Shown in pieces: positions 39,251-49,628 of a DNA stretch of 51,436 nt. Numbering within the stretch: position 1 is the first letter of the stretch; the number at the start of each line of letters is the position of its first letter. The notes beneath the pieces were generated by a model. It saw only the letters and a program-made list of their open reading frames with translations, was not told the DNA's origin and made no database searches. The translations under genes and the position numbers were made by a program. The DNA comes from Thermoplasmatales archaeon (GTDB lineage: Archaea > Thermoplasmatota > E2 > UBA202 > JdFR-43): assembly GCA_011052825.1 (NCBI GenBank), contig DRIF01000082.1:1-51436 (forward strand), given 5' to 3'.

Positions 39251-39962
39251 TCTCGTTAAGATTTTTTATTTTATAATATTCTCCTCTGGTTATTTTTATA
39301 GTTTTCCCATTCTCCTCATATATTACCTCTATGAATTCTTGCACTACTCTTTTTTTATTCATGAAACCGGGCATCTTAATTTTTCCATATTTTTTTCCCT
39401 CTTCTGGTTTTATTTCTATAACTCCCTCATTTTTTATTATTGTGGATATTTCTATTTCAACACCATTTGCAATTTTTCTCTCAACATTACCAACCCCTAT
39501 GTATTCAAAATTTGATATACACTCTGAAATACCAAGATATAGAGTATATTTCGATTTATGTTCTTCAATTAACGATTTCAATTCATTAAAACACTCTTTT
39601 GACCATACATAAACCCTATATTTTGGATTTTTAACATACTCAAAAGATATTTGTGTTCTCGGTGCTTGTCCTTTTATTTGAATTTCCCACGGAGTATACC
39701 CATGTTTTGTATCTATAAGATTTTGGATAATCCTTATTTTCTTTATCGGGTTTATTATTTGTATTGCAAATGCGCTTTTATCTTTTCCAAAAAGCTCATA
39801 GTAACTATCTCTGGGTAGTCCCAATATAGCCGCCATCATTCCTGAAAGAGCAGTTCTTGTTGGGAATGGATAAGTTAAAGGGGAGGTTGTGGTATACCCT
39901 CTTCTAAAATGTGCATAATCTCCCCAGATATCGAATACCAGTACTTTATCTATAGTTGACAT
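39228..39962 (-). CDS. cas5: Cas5 (type I-B)
   Basis: VFDIWGDYAHFR...TY.FP.RTAL.G..AAILG and LYLG. Confidence 0.94.
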   Translation of the reverse strand: MSTIDKVLVFDIWGDYAHFRRGYTTTSPLTYPFPTRTALSGMMAAILGLPRDSYYELFGKDKSAFAIQIINPIKKIRIIQNLIDTKHGYTPWEIQIKGQAPRTQISFEYVKNPKYRVYVWSKECFNELKSLIEEHKSKYTLYLGISECISNFEYIGVGNVERKIANGVEIEISTIIKNEGVIEIKPEEGKKYGKIKMPGFMNKKRVVQEFIEVIYEENGKTIKITRGEYYKIKNLNENVNVSFF

Positions 39963-39968
39963 TTTTTC

Positions 39969-40985
39969 TTATTTATCTAGGTCTAATGGTTTTATTTTGT
40001 CTTTCAATTCTGGAATGTTACTTAAAGCATTTATTAATTCTTTTTTGCTCTTCTTTTCTTCGTCACCAAGTTTAAACACAACGTCATTATTTACTTCTAT
40101 TTGTATTTCTTTTATTTTATTTCTTTCTCTTTTAAGTATGTTTATTAACTCAGTTAAGTCCAATTTTACATCCTCAATACTTCTAAGGGGTTTTCCATCT
40201 TTTCCATCTCTATCAACTTCTTTTCCTTCGTTATCCAATAATTTTATATTTTTATCTAAGTCTCCGATATGGTAATTATCCACCTCATAAATAACTCTCA
40301 GTAGAAATCGCGGTATTTGTCCAAATTTACTTCTTGTTATAAGGTTTTTCGTTCCATTCCATATGCCATCGAGCAATTCATTCACATCTTCTTCTGTTAG
40401 TTTTGTACTTTTTGCTGCATTTTCATTTATTACACCATAAAAGCAAATCAACGAATACGGAAGAATATATTCTTCTCTGAATGTCTTTTGCTCCTTCCCT
40501 GCTTCAGAAGCAAATGCACCTGTTCCTTTGATATACTTAACTTCAACTTTATGTAAGGATCTCCCAAATCCAAATTGAACGGGTCCAGTCAAAGTTATGG
40601 AACTACCCACCTCTTTTTCTTCTCCTTTCTCATCTTTTTTCTTTATAGTAATTGGAATCGTCCCTCCAAATAATCTTACGTCAATACAAATATTAAGTAT
40701 TTTTTCAGGGTCATTATCGAAATCCTTAGCCCTCATTTTTGCATCTTGTATTTTTCCTGGTTCATATTCTATTTCTCTCACAAAAATATCTTTTTCGTTA
40801 CTACCATTGTATCCTTTATAGTGATATAAATAGTCCCTTATTGTTCTTTTCAACCTCACATCAGTTACAATATTTATATTAGTTTCCTCGTCTATCCTTG
40901 GCTTATTTTCATCCGGATCACCGTTGGGGTTGGCATTTCTTACATCATACAAAAACACAAGTTCCGATCTATTTTTTATTTCCAT
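39969..40985 (-). CDS. cas7: Cas7/Csh2 (type I-B)
   Basis: NANPNGDP...PRID, VTDVRLKRTIRD, D.RLFG, TGPVQF and TRSK.GQ.PR. Confidence 0.95.
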   Translation of the reverse strand: MEIKNRSELVFLYDVRNANPNGDPDENKPRIDEETNINIVTDVRLKRTIRDYLYHYKGYNGSNEKDIFVREIEYEPGKIQDAKMRAKDFDNDPEKILNICIDVRLFGGTIPITIKKKDEKGEEKEVGSSITLTGPVQFGFGRSLHKVEVKYIKGTGAFASEAGKEQKTFREEYILPYSLICFYGVINENAAKSTKLTEEDVNELLDGIWNGTKNLITRSKFGQIPRFLLRVIYEVDNYHIGDLDKNIKLLDNEGKEVDRDGKDGKPLRSIEDVKLDLTELINILKRERNKIKEIQIEVNNDVVFKLGDEEKKSKKELINALSNIPELKDKIKPLDLDK

Positions 40986-40987
40986 TT

Positions 40988-42874
40988 TTATTCACCTCCA
41001 TTAGATTTTTCATTCTTTTCAAAAGAGAAAATATTTCTTAATGTCATTCCCAATGCAAAATAATAACTTATTTCTTCTTGAGATAGTTTCCATTTTCCTT
41101 CAGCCTCTGCTAAATATTTTCCAGCGATTTTTTCAAGTGATGGAAAAGTTTTCCTATACTGCCTTAATTTAGCAATTGCTTCTCTGAAAATATTTTTCAT
41201 TTTTCTTTCATCCAATACTAATCCGTGCAGTTTACTCCAAAATGGCTCTTGCCCAAATTCGCTCTTCTTCTCTGTGCGTTGCACCCACAGTAAATAATCA
41301 ACAAGCATTCCTACAGAAAAAGCTGCTTTTTTTGCTGGGTCATCAAAACAATACTCTTTAAAGAAGTTATCTATCTTCTCTTCAAACTTTCCCCTATTTT
41401 CTTCTATATCTTTCTCTTCGATTTTCTCCTCCATTTTTTCACCTCTAAACAAATTTAACTCTTTTAAAAATAAATAAAACATAAAAGCCTTCAAACACAG
41501 CACCTTCATTTTATAATAATCTCTTTTTCCTTCCTTCTTTTTCACTGTTTCCTTTATTTCTCTTATAAATGCCGGGATTACAAAATCTCTATCTACTTTT
41601 TTATTTGAAAGAATGAAACCGATTATATCTCTAAATTGCTTGTCATACACTCCATGTGTTTTTGAATATGGAAAGAAACTTCTCGCAAATACTGCATACC
41701 AGTTGTTTTTGTTTAATCCTTTTTCTCCTTTAAGTCCTGTTACAAAATCTCCAACCCATTTTCTTCCCAATATTTTCTTGATGTTATCTTCTTGAAAGAT
41801 TCTCATTTTCCTAATATTCTTTTGGGCATTATCTATTCTTCTAATCCAAGATGGAAGAACATCTTCCACATATTGAACAATATCAATATACTTACCACCA
41901 CCTTTTTGAGTATAAAACACAAAAATTAATCTTAAAATATCTTCTTTTTCTTCAAGTGTTTTTTCTAACCAGTCTTCCTTACTCAAAAGACCCTCTTCGT
42001 ATTCTTTATCTTTAAAAAACTCAATATACCTATACAGCTCGTCAAACATCTCTTTAAATATAAATTTAGGTATTACATAGTATCTACACCCAAAAAAGTT
42101 ATTCTCGTTTTTCTTTGGGAAATTTAAATGTTCATCTAAAAATCTTTTTCCTATTTCTAAAGATATCGCACAATTTTCACAAATTGGAATATCCTTCCAA
42201 TGGTCAGTTTGAATAAATGAAGGCATAAATCCACATTTATCTGCTGTAGCGAAAGAGAAACCAAAGGAGGGTAAAACAAAACCATATACTTCTTTTTGGG
42301 TATTACATAGATAACATATGCCTGTACCTTTTGATTCTCCAATTGATTTTAGAAAATAATACCTTTTAACTGTGTCCTCAACTAAAATATTCCTAAATAT
42401 TTCAATTTCTCCAAGGTGTTTCTCTTTATCATTTTCCTCTATTTTTATTGTCAACAATACATTGTTTTTTTCGTTTTTATGCAGATTTTCATATTCTCTC
42501 GACAATTCCTCTAATATTTTTTCTTTATTATTTTCTAAAACTTTTTCAATCTTTTTTAGCTCCTTTTCTTCCTTTTTCTCGAACCATTTTATAATTTTAT
42601 TTTCAAAAGTCTTATTAATCTCGGTTATTATAGAGGAGGGGAGAATATCCGTTCCTCTCGACGATCCGCCTCGATAAAGAATCATTTTATCTGGGGAATA
42701 TTTTTCTGGAATCACTTTTTTATAGTGATACTCACCATTCTCTTTATGCAGAAAAATGCATAACACTTTTTTCGTTTTTTTAGTAAGTTTTGCTTTATCA
42801 GAAAAAATTTCAATCTCGCTTTTATTCTCTTTTTTCCTTACATAATCTCCAATCTCCTTTATCGCCTCTATCAT
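40988..42874 (-). CDS. cas8b: Cas8b/Csh1 large subunit
   Basis: Position between cas6 and cas7; CYLC, T.DK.GF, PICENC, YYVIP and C-terminal YFALG. Confidence 0.88.
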   Translation of the reverse strand: MIEAIKEIGDYVRKKENKSEIEIFSDKAKLTKKTKKVLCIFLHKENGEYHYKKVIPEKYSPDKMILYRGGSSRGTDILPSSIITEINKTFENKIIKWFEKKEEKELKKIEKVLENNKEKILEELSREYENLHKNEKNNVLLTIKIEENDKEKHLGEIEIFRNILVEDTVKRYYFLKSIGESKGTGICYLCNTQKEVYGFVLPSFGFSFATADKCGFMPSFIQTDHWKDIPICENCAISLEIGKRFLDEHLNFPKKNENNFFGCRYYVIPKFIFKEMFDELYRYIEFFKDKEYEEGLLSKEDWLEKTLEEKEDILRLIFVFYTQKGGGKYIDIVQYVEDVLPSWIRRIDNAQKNIRKMRIFQEDNIKKILGRKWVGDFVTGLKGEKGLNKNNWYAVFARSFFPYSKTHGVYDKQFRDIIGFILSNKKVDRDFVIPAFIREIKETVKKKEGKRDYYKMKVLCLKAFMFYLFLKELNLFRGEKMEEKIEEKDIEENRGKFEEKIDNFFKEYCFDDPAKKAAFSVGMLVDYLLWVQRTEKKSEFGQEPFWSKLHGLVLDERKMKNIFREAIAKLRQYRKTFPSLEKIAGKYLAEAEGKWKLSQEEISYYFALGMTLRNIFSFEKNEKSNGGE

Positions 42875-43599
42875 TCCACAACCTCAAACATTCCAAATCC
42901 TTGGGAGTTTTTACTCCCTAATCCACTATAATAACCTAATTTAAGTAATTTTCGATTACCATTTAAGATAAAAGTCCCGAGCCAGCCTTTGATTACTGTG
43001 TCTCTATACAGAAGGATTTTTTCCTTTGGCTTGCTTGCAATTTTTATTTTCAATTTTCTTGCTCTCGGTTTCTTTCTGTGTAATGCTTCATATTTTTTTC
43101 TCAAGTTTTTATCTATTAATTCGGTAAATTCTTTTTCATATGGCGAATAATAATATGTTTTCTTTTTGCCATCTTTTGTTGCTAAAGTGCTGTAAACAAC
43201 CACTGGAGAAAGCGTTTTTATTTTTATTTCATCTTTTATCTCTGGCTCAGGGTGAACTTTTATTGATTCAACATGAACTTTGTTTTTAACTAACTCTAAA
43301 TTATCTGTTTTGAGGAGAGTGTTTCCTAACTCGCTAATAAATCTATCCAAAGGAGAACTTATTGTGAGATATACAGGTGGAGAAAATTTGATTTTATCTT
43401 TCAATATTTTGTATTTGCCTTGCAATCTTGAAAAAGTGAACATTTTAAATTTTCTTTTTTCTAATGTAAAGCCATGATCATGTAAAAATTTACCCAGCTC
43501 TGGAGAAATGTGGCGATAAAGAAAACTTTGGATGTAATAGTTATAATGCAAAGGTAAAACAATTTGTTCGTTACTCTCAAACTCCAAGGTCAAACGCAT
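42871..43599 (-). CDS. cas6: Cas6 endoribonuclease
   Basis: LHDHGF...FK.FTFS and C-terminal GLGSKNSQGFG loop. Confidence 0.95.
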   Translation of the reverse strand: MRLTLEFESNEQIVLPLHYNYYIQSFLYRHISPELGKFLHDHGFTLEKRKFKMFTFSRLQGKYKILKDKIKFSPPVYLTISSPLDRFISELGNTLLKTDNLELVKNKVHVESIKVHPEPEIKDEIKIKTLSPVVVYSTLATKDGKKKTYYYSPYEKEFTELIDKNLRKKYEALHRKKPRARKLKIKIASKPKEKILLYRDTVIKGWLGTFILNGNRKLLKLGYYSGLGSKNSQGFGMFEVVE

Positions 43600-43643
43600 T
43601 AAATAATAAATTTACAGTCTATAAATACTTAATTAATTTTCCC

Positions 43644-43703
43644 TCCAGTTTAAGAAACAATCTCACATTTTTTATGATGTTTTTTTATTAAAGCTTTTTC
43701 TGT
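43644..43703. repeat. 60-bp direct repeat, copy 1 (copy 2 at 46346-46405)
   Basis: TCCAGTTTAAGAAACAATC(T/C)CACATTTTT...ATGATGTTTT...TTATTAAAGCTTTTTCTGT is near-identical in both places. Confidence 0.9.
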
Positions 43704-43810
43704 TATTTATTGAGTGATGTGCATTATGATGGAAATAAAGGAAGAAGGAAAGCTTACGTTACAAAATTATAGCATAATTTTTAAATAATTCTTAAAAATT
43801 ATAGACTTAA

Positions 43811-45067
43811 ATGTTAGAAAAAAATAAAATTTATAGACGAAAAATTGAGGATGAGCTTGCAAAATTATTGGACAGGAGAGAGCTGATAGGAATAAAAGGG
43901 GCTAGGCAGGTTGGGAAAACAACGTTGCTGAAGAAGATTTATGATGGCATAAGGGGACAGAAATCATTTGTTAATCTGGATTTGATTGATATTAGGCGAG
44001 CAATGGAAGAAAATCCTCTTGATATTGTTACGAGATATAAAAAAGAAGGAAAGCTGTTTCTGTTTTTGGACGAAATTCAACGTGTTAAAAATGCTGGAGA
44101 GGTATTAAAAATTATATACGATGAGTTTCCAGATGTAAAAATATTCTTTTCTGGCTCATCTTCTTTGGAATTAAAAGAAAATATTCTTCCCTTTATGGTT
44201 GGAAGAGCCTTCATTTTTGAGCTTTTTTCTTTCGATTTTGAAGAATTTTTGATGGCTAGAGATGAAGGGCTTGCGAGAATTTTTAGAGAAAAAAATGAAA
44301 GTTTTAAAAAAGCAATGGATGGAGATGAACCACAACCTCCTTCATTCCAGCAGGAATTTTTAAGCTTGTTAAAAGAATACCTCATCTTTGGAGGATATCC
44401 AGAAGTTATAAAAACTGATAGCAGAGAAATAAAGGAATTGATTTTGAAAAACATATATTCACTTTATATTGAAAAGGATGTTACAGCACATTTTGGAATA
44501 AAGGAGATAGCAAAATTTGAGGATTTACTTAGAATGCTTGCTTTTAGAAATGCTTCCATGCTTTCCATATCCAGCTTATCATCATCGTTAAAGATATCTT
44601 TTCAAAAAGTCGAGGAATATCTTGCAATATTACGCCACACTTATATTATTCATCTTCTTCGCCCTTTTTATCGAAATATGGTTACAGAGTTAAGAAAAGC
44701 ACCAAAAATATATTTTTTGGATTTAGGATTAAGAAACGCCATTTTAAACAATTTTACAAAATTTGATTATAGAGCCGACAACGGTGGCCTGCTGGAAAAT
44801 TTTGTTTTTAGGGAACTTTTTACTTCCGATTATTCCATAAAATACTGGCGAACAACAGGAAAAGCTGAAATAGATTTTATTCTGATGAAAAATGAAGACT
44901 TAATTCCAATTGAGGTAAAACTTACAGAAACAAAGCCTGGAAAAGCATTTTATAGTTTCATAAACACCTACAAGCCAGATGTAGCTATTATGGTAACTTT
45001 AAATGATTTTGGAAAGGATAAAATAAACTCATGCACAGTTTATAAGATTCCTGCATATTATCTCTAA
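43811..45067 (+). CDS. AAA_14-type ATPase with DUF4143 domain
   Basis: GARQVGKTT, LFLDEIQ, SGSSS, GGYPE, PKIYF.D.G and EIDF...PIEVK. Confidence 0.92.
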   Translation: MLEKNKIYRRKIEDELAKLLDRRELIGIKGARQVGKTTLLKKIYDGIRGQKSFVNLDLIDIRRAMEENPLDIVTRYKKEGKLFLFLDEIQRVKNAGEVLKIIYDEFPDVKIFFSGSSSLELKENILPFMVGRAFIFELFSFDFEEFLMARDEGLARIFREKNESFKKAMDGDEPQPPSFQQEFLSLLKEYLIFGGYPEVIKTDSREIKELILKNIYSLYIEKDVTAHFGIKEIAKFEDLLRMLAFRNASMLSISSLSSSLKISFQKVEEYLAILRHTYIIHLLRPFYRNMVTELRKAPKIYFLDLGLRNAILNNFTKFDYRADNGGLLENFVFRELFTSDYSIKYWRTTGKAEIDFILMKNEDLIPIEVKLTETKPGKAFYSFINTYKPDVAIMVTLNDFGKDKINSCTVYKIPAYYL

Positions 45068-45105
45068 TTAGTATTTTCGGTTAAATTTTGAAATATGTCT
45101 TTTGA

Positions 45106-45786
45106 TTACAATCGAAGTTTTTTCAACCATTTATTAACTTCATTGATATCAAAATATTCTGGGTCAAAATCTTCTCCAAGCCATTCAACAATTCTTTCCT
45201 CATATTCAGGATGATTTTTATTTTCTTTTATTTCTAACAGTTCAAGATATCCTCCCACACCTCCACAATCTTCAGGAGGGCATGCTCTTTCACCATCAAG
45301 GCAAATAGGGTATCTTTTAGAGACATCTTCATCAAAAATTTTTTCGACTATAATTGTATGAAGCCAAGAATCTCCAAAGTCATATAAGTAATGAAACTTT
45401 TGCTTTTCCGATTTTATGAGTTCCTTTAACTCAGTTTCACGAGCAGGCAACGTTTTTCTTCTTGGCATGAAATTCTTCCATACAGCATCTACAAAAAATC
45501 TATCTTCATCAGCTTCTATAAATTTCTCATCAATTTCAAATTCATATAAGTGATAATTTTCCCATCCCATTACAATTTGAATAATATTATGTAGATTTTC
45601 AAAACTTATATTATCTTTGACTAAAAATCTTCTCCATATCTCTGGATTTATGCCATCTAATGAAATTTTTAATTGCAATATTTTTGACTTTATTCCAATA
45701 CCTAAATCTTTATTCATACAACATTTCTTATATTTCTTTCCAGATCCACATGGGCAAGGATCATTTCTACCTACCTTTTTTGGCAT
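45106..45786 (-). CDS. SEC-C motif + plasmid pRiA4b ORF3-family protein
   Basis: [30 protein letters not shown]...HL, Y.YDFGDSW.H and [11 protein letters not shown]. Confidence 0.92.
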
Positions 45787-45808
45787 ATATCACCTCCTTT
45801 TTTCATAC

Positions 45809-46321
45809 TTATATAATATGATATTTTTTCAGGATTTTATTTATTGCGAGATCTAAATCTTCTTGTTTTGATATGGGAGGAAGACCATTTATTTTTCTCA
45901 CTTCATTATATCTCTGGAAGACTTCTTTTTCAAAATCTTTTACATGTATTTTCTTCCTTTTTCTTTTCTTATAATCTTTGGAGAGGGATAAAATGTCTTC
46001 GTTAAGAATATGCAATAATTCGTGAATTATTACATGTTGAACAATCTGTTTTCTTATTGTTTTCTCTTTTATCCTCTTTAAATTTTCATTTATCTCTATT
46101 TCGTATCTCTTTGGCTTTTTTCTAATGATTTTCTTCTTTACTTTTCCTTCAAGAAGCAATGCTTCAGCATCGATATCTTTTTTAATCTCGATCTCACCCT
46201 TTACTCTTCCAAGACAATTTTTGGGAATTTTCCTGTAAAAACACTTTATTTCTATACTTTTTATTTCTGGAAAAGCTTTCTGGCATTCCTTCAACCATTT
46301 AACCAATTCATTCTCCACCAT
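45809..46321 (-). CDS. Basic hypothetical protein with HExxH motif (SprT/M48-like zincin)
   Basis: IEIN...VIIHELLH...H..DF arrangement. Confidence 0.6.
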   Translation of the reverse strand: MVENELVKWLKECQKAFPEIKSIEIKCFYRKIPKNCLGRVKGEIEIKKDIDAEALLLEGKVKKKIIRKKPKRYEIEINENLKRIKEKTIRKQIVQHVIIHELLHILNEDILSLSKDYKKRKRKKIHVKDFEKEVFQRYNEVRKINGLPPISKQEDLDLAINKILKKYHII

Positions 46322-46345
46322 TTTTATCTCGTATCATGTTTTATT

Positions 46346-46405
46346 TCCAGTTTAAGAAACAATCCCACATTTTTATGATGTTTTCTTTATTAAAGCTTTT
46401 TCTGT
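46346..46405. repeat. 60-bp direct repeat, copy 2
   Basis: Matches 43644-43703 with few differences. Confidence 0.9.
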
Positions 46406-46530
46406 ATCCTTTACTTCTTACTCTCGTGGCGTGGCGACTGCAAATTTCCAAATTTTTTTACTTGGGGAGATACTGATATCACCAAAAATCTTAAGTTACA
46501 AATTATATTATAAATTCAAAGTGGGGTGAA

Positions 46531-48288
46531 ATGAAAGAGGCGATACGAAAAGAAATGATTTGTATACTGGTGGGATTGTTGATTGTGATACCCATAAACA
46601 TGGCAAATGAGGGGAGAGAAAACAGGGTATTTGCAAAATCAATAGTGATAAATACGCTAAAATCAGACAGATTTTATGAAGAAAAAGAGATGGATATACC
46701 TCCCGCATATCACATTTTAACAGATGGAAATCTTATACCCAATCCATCCTTTGAAGAGGGAACGACAACCCCGGCAGGATGGGAATGCCGGGATTATGGT
46801 GATGGGGCAGAATATACCTGGGATTCCAACCATGCATTTGGAGGGGAGAAATCAGTGGGTATAAAAAATATATCTGCAACCCAGAGAAGTTATTGCTGGA
46901 TTACGTCAGAATATATCCCAATAGATCCCCTGAATCATTCTTATATTCTCTCCACATGGTATAAATATCTCGGGACACCTAAGCAATGGCAATGGGGACT
47001 TCTTGGTATAGAGGGATATGACGAAAATGGAGAGTGGCTTTTTGGATTTGGCTTCACGCTAAACGTTTATTACAGCTGGCACTATTTTGAGTGGGACGTG
47101 AGCCACAGCACCTATTTTGATGAGAGGGCACGATGGGTTAAAATAGTGCTGCAATACACCGCAGCCGGAAGTTCCTTTTCAAATGCTGAGATACGGTTTG
47201 ATGATGTCTATTTTGGAGAACCCCAGTATCAACCACCGGTTACTGGATGCACGATCACTCCTTCTCCAGATGGCGAGAACGGCTGGTATACACAGGAGAC
47301 CACGGTAACGGTGCAATTGAACGCCACAGATCAGAAGGAAGGCGTAGAGGCTACCTTTTACAGCGTGAATGATGGGGCATGGGAACAGTACACACACCCA
47401 TTCTCAATTATGGGTGTAGAGGGCACAAACAAGATTTCTTACTATTCCATCGATAAGGTAGGAAATGAGGAGGAACCAAAATCCACGTTTATTAGGGTTG
47501 ACAAAACCGATCCCTTCTTTGAATCAATTACACCCAAACATGGCTTCTATTTTAACGATAACCTGCTTGTCCCATTGTCGTTTTGTACACTGGTGGTCGG
47601 TAAAATACACGCAGAAGTCCAATTAATAGACGAGATATCCGGCCCATGGAAAGTTGAATTCCACGTGGACGGTGAGTTAAAGGAAATCGTGAAGAATCAA
47701 CCATATATCTGGCTCTGGAAGGAAAACATCCCTGGAAGACACATACTCAAGGTTGTAGGTTATGACATGGCGGGTCACGAAGTAATCGAAGAAATACCAG
47801 TGTAGATTTTTAATACACCTCATGAGGTGGTTGACCAGCAACAAACGGAATATTGTGGATTGGGATATGGCATCTGGAAGAGTACGAACCTTGCCCAGAG
47901 TTTCGTCCCTTCACTGGATATCATCACCAAGGTGGTACTGTATATGCATAAAAAAGGTAATCCTAAAAGTTTGAAAATATCGATACGGGATACTCTTGAC
48001 GGAGATGATTTAACCTCTGTTACTCTAGACGGCTCTATGGTGGGTACTAACAAAGAATGGGTAGAATTTGATTTCCCAGATGTCACCATAACTCCACATC
48101 AAACCTATTACATCATATGGACACCCACAGGCTGTAACAGTAATAATGTCTTTTACTGGGGTTTCGGAGACCATAACCCATATGAAAAAGGATGTGCATG
48201 GAAATGTCGTAACGGAGTATGGCAGGAGATTACCTCAATAGATAATCATCCATATCCGGATTTCTGTTTCCGAACCTATGGCAAGTAA
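46531..48288 (+). CDS. Secreted multidomain surface protein (CBM-like + Ig-like + C-terminal beta domain) interrupted by an in-frame TAG at 47803-47805
   Basis: Signal peptide, NLIPNPSFE...FDDV, Ig-like YYSIDKVGN.E and KVEFHVDG; ORFs 46531-47805 and 47827-48288 share one frame with only the TAG between. Confidence 0.7.
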
Positions 48289-48704
48289 AAGGTGCAATAA
48301 CGAATCAGTGTGCAACTGTTTTTCACAACAGTTTAAGGCATCGTTTAAATATCATGTAATACATTGTTATTACCATATGCAGCTTATATCACCATATGCA
48401 GGCTCGTGATGAGAACCATTTTATGGATGCATTACTCTCTGTGCGGCTTGCAGCGTGCACCACCATCCTCCCAATGAAATCAACATATCCTGAATTTGCC
48501 ACTTAGCCGTCTAAGAAAAGGAGATATTGACAGAGCCAGTATCCTCCATGAATAACAAAACTTTCTCATTAGGTAGCATAGTAATAATAGACAAAGTAGG
48601 AAAAATTCGGTTTGCTCATTTACAAAATTATGGAGTTAATTTTACCTATCCACTTTAAAAACCTGATTTTTCATATTATTTTTATATGAGGAGAATATAC
48701 TATT

Positions 48705-49628
48705 ATGAAAGCAATTGTAGCTCTGGGTGGCAACGCTCTTACTGGAAAGGATAGAAAGGCAGATATTAAAAAACAATTTGAGGAAACAAAAAATACCGCA
48801 AAGTCAATAGCAAAGATGGTCAAAAATGGATGGCATATAGCAATAACTCACGGCAATGCTCCCCAAATAGGTGCATTATTGTTACAGCAGAAAACAGCCA
48901 TTAACTATTTTTCACCTATGCCCATGCACGTTCTTGGCGCTCTAACTCAGGGACAGATAGGTTATATAATCCAGCAATGCCTTTTAAATGAATTTAAAAG
49001 ACAGGGAATAAGGAGAGAAATTTCGACAATAATAACCCAAGTTTTAGTTGATGAAAATGATGAAGCATTCAAAAACCCCACAAAGCCAATTGGTCCATTA
49101 TATTCAGATGAGGAAGCCAGAAAAATGAAGGAAAAATATGTTATGGGAAGAGTTGAGGGAGGATGGAGAATCCTTGTTGCCTCCCCAAAACCATTATCAA
49201 TTGTTGAATCAAATATCATAAAAAAAATGATTGAGGAAAATATAATAGTCATTGCGGGGGGAGGCGGAGGCATACCAGTTGTAAAAAAAGGGAATGAAAT
49301 CCATGGGGTTGATGCGGTAATAGATAAAGATTTTGCTTCTCAGAAACTTGCAAATGAAATAGGGGCAGAAATTCTGCTTATTTTGACAGATGTTGAGTAT
49401 GTATGTTTAAATTATGGGAAGGAAAATGAGCAATTAATAAATGATATAGGAATTGATGAACTTGAGAAATATTACAAAGAAGGACATTTTCCACCTGGTT
49501 CAATGGGTCCAAAAATAGAGGCATCAATTAATTTCATAAAAAATGGCGGGAAAGAGGCAATAATAACTTCGATAGAAAAAGCATGGGATGCTTTGGAAGG
49601 TAGAACAGGAACTCACATTCATGAATGA
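48705..49628 (+). CDS. arcC: Carbamate kinase
   Basis: VALGGNAL, THGN.PQIG, NPTKPIGP, GGGGIPV, AVIDKD and GSMGPK. Confidence 0.95.
   Translation: MKAIVALGGNALTGKDRKADIKKQFEETKNTAKSIAKMVKNGWHIAITHGNAPQIGALLLQQKTAINYFSPMPMHVLGALTQGQIGYIIQQCLLNEFKRQGIRREISTIITQVLVDENDEAFKNPTKPIGPLYSDEEARKMKEKYVMGRVEGGWRILVASPKPLSIVESNIIKKMIEENIIVIAGGGGGIPVVKKGNEIHGVDAVIDKDFASQKLANEIGAEILLILTDVEYVCLNYGKENEQLINDIGIDELEKYYKEGHFPPGSMGPKIEASINFIKNGGKEAIITSIEKAWDALEGRTGTHIHE

Noticed and set aside
47803..47805. Genome-wide TAG recoding (pyrrolysine code)
   Set aside because: TAG terminates conserved genes at expected positions (6596, 27228, 29508) and no pyl genes are in the window.
48289..48704. Possible decayed gene (IVIIDKVGKIRFAH, redoxin-like) and a short ACCATATGCAG repeat
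   Set aside because: Too short and fragmentary to support a call.
48705..49628. Arginine deiminase operon
   Set aside because: Only carbamate kinase is present; stand-alone copies are common in archaea.
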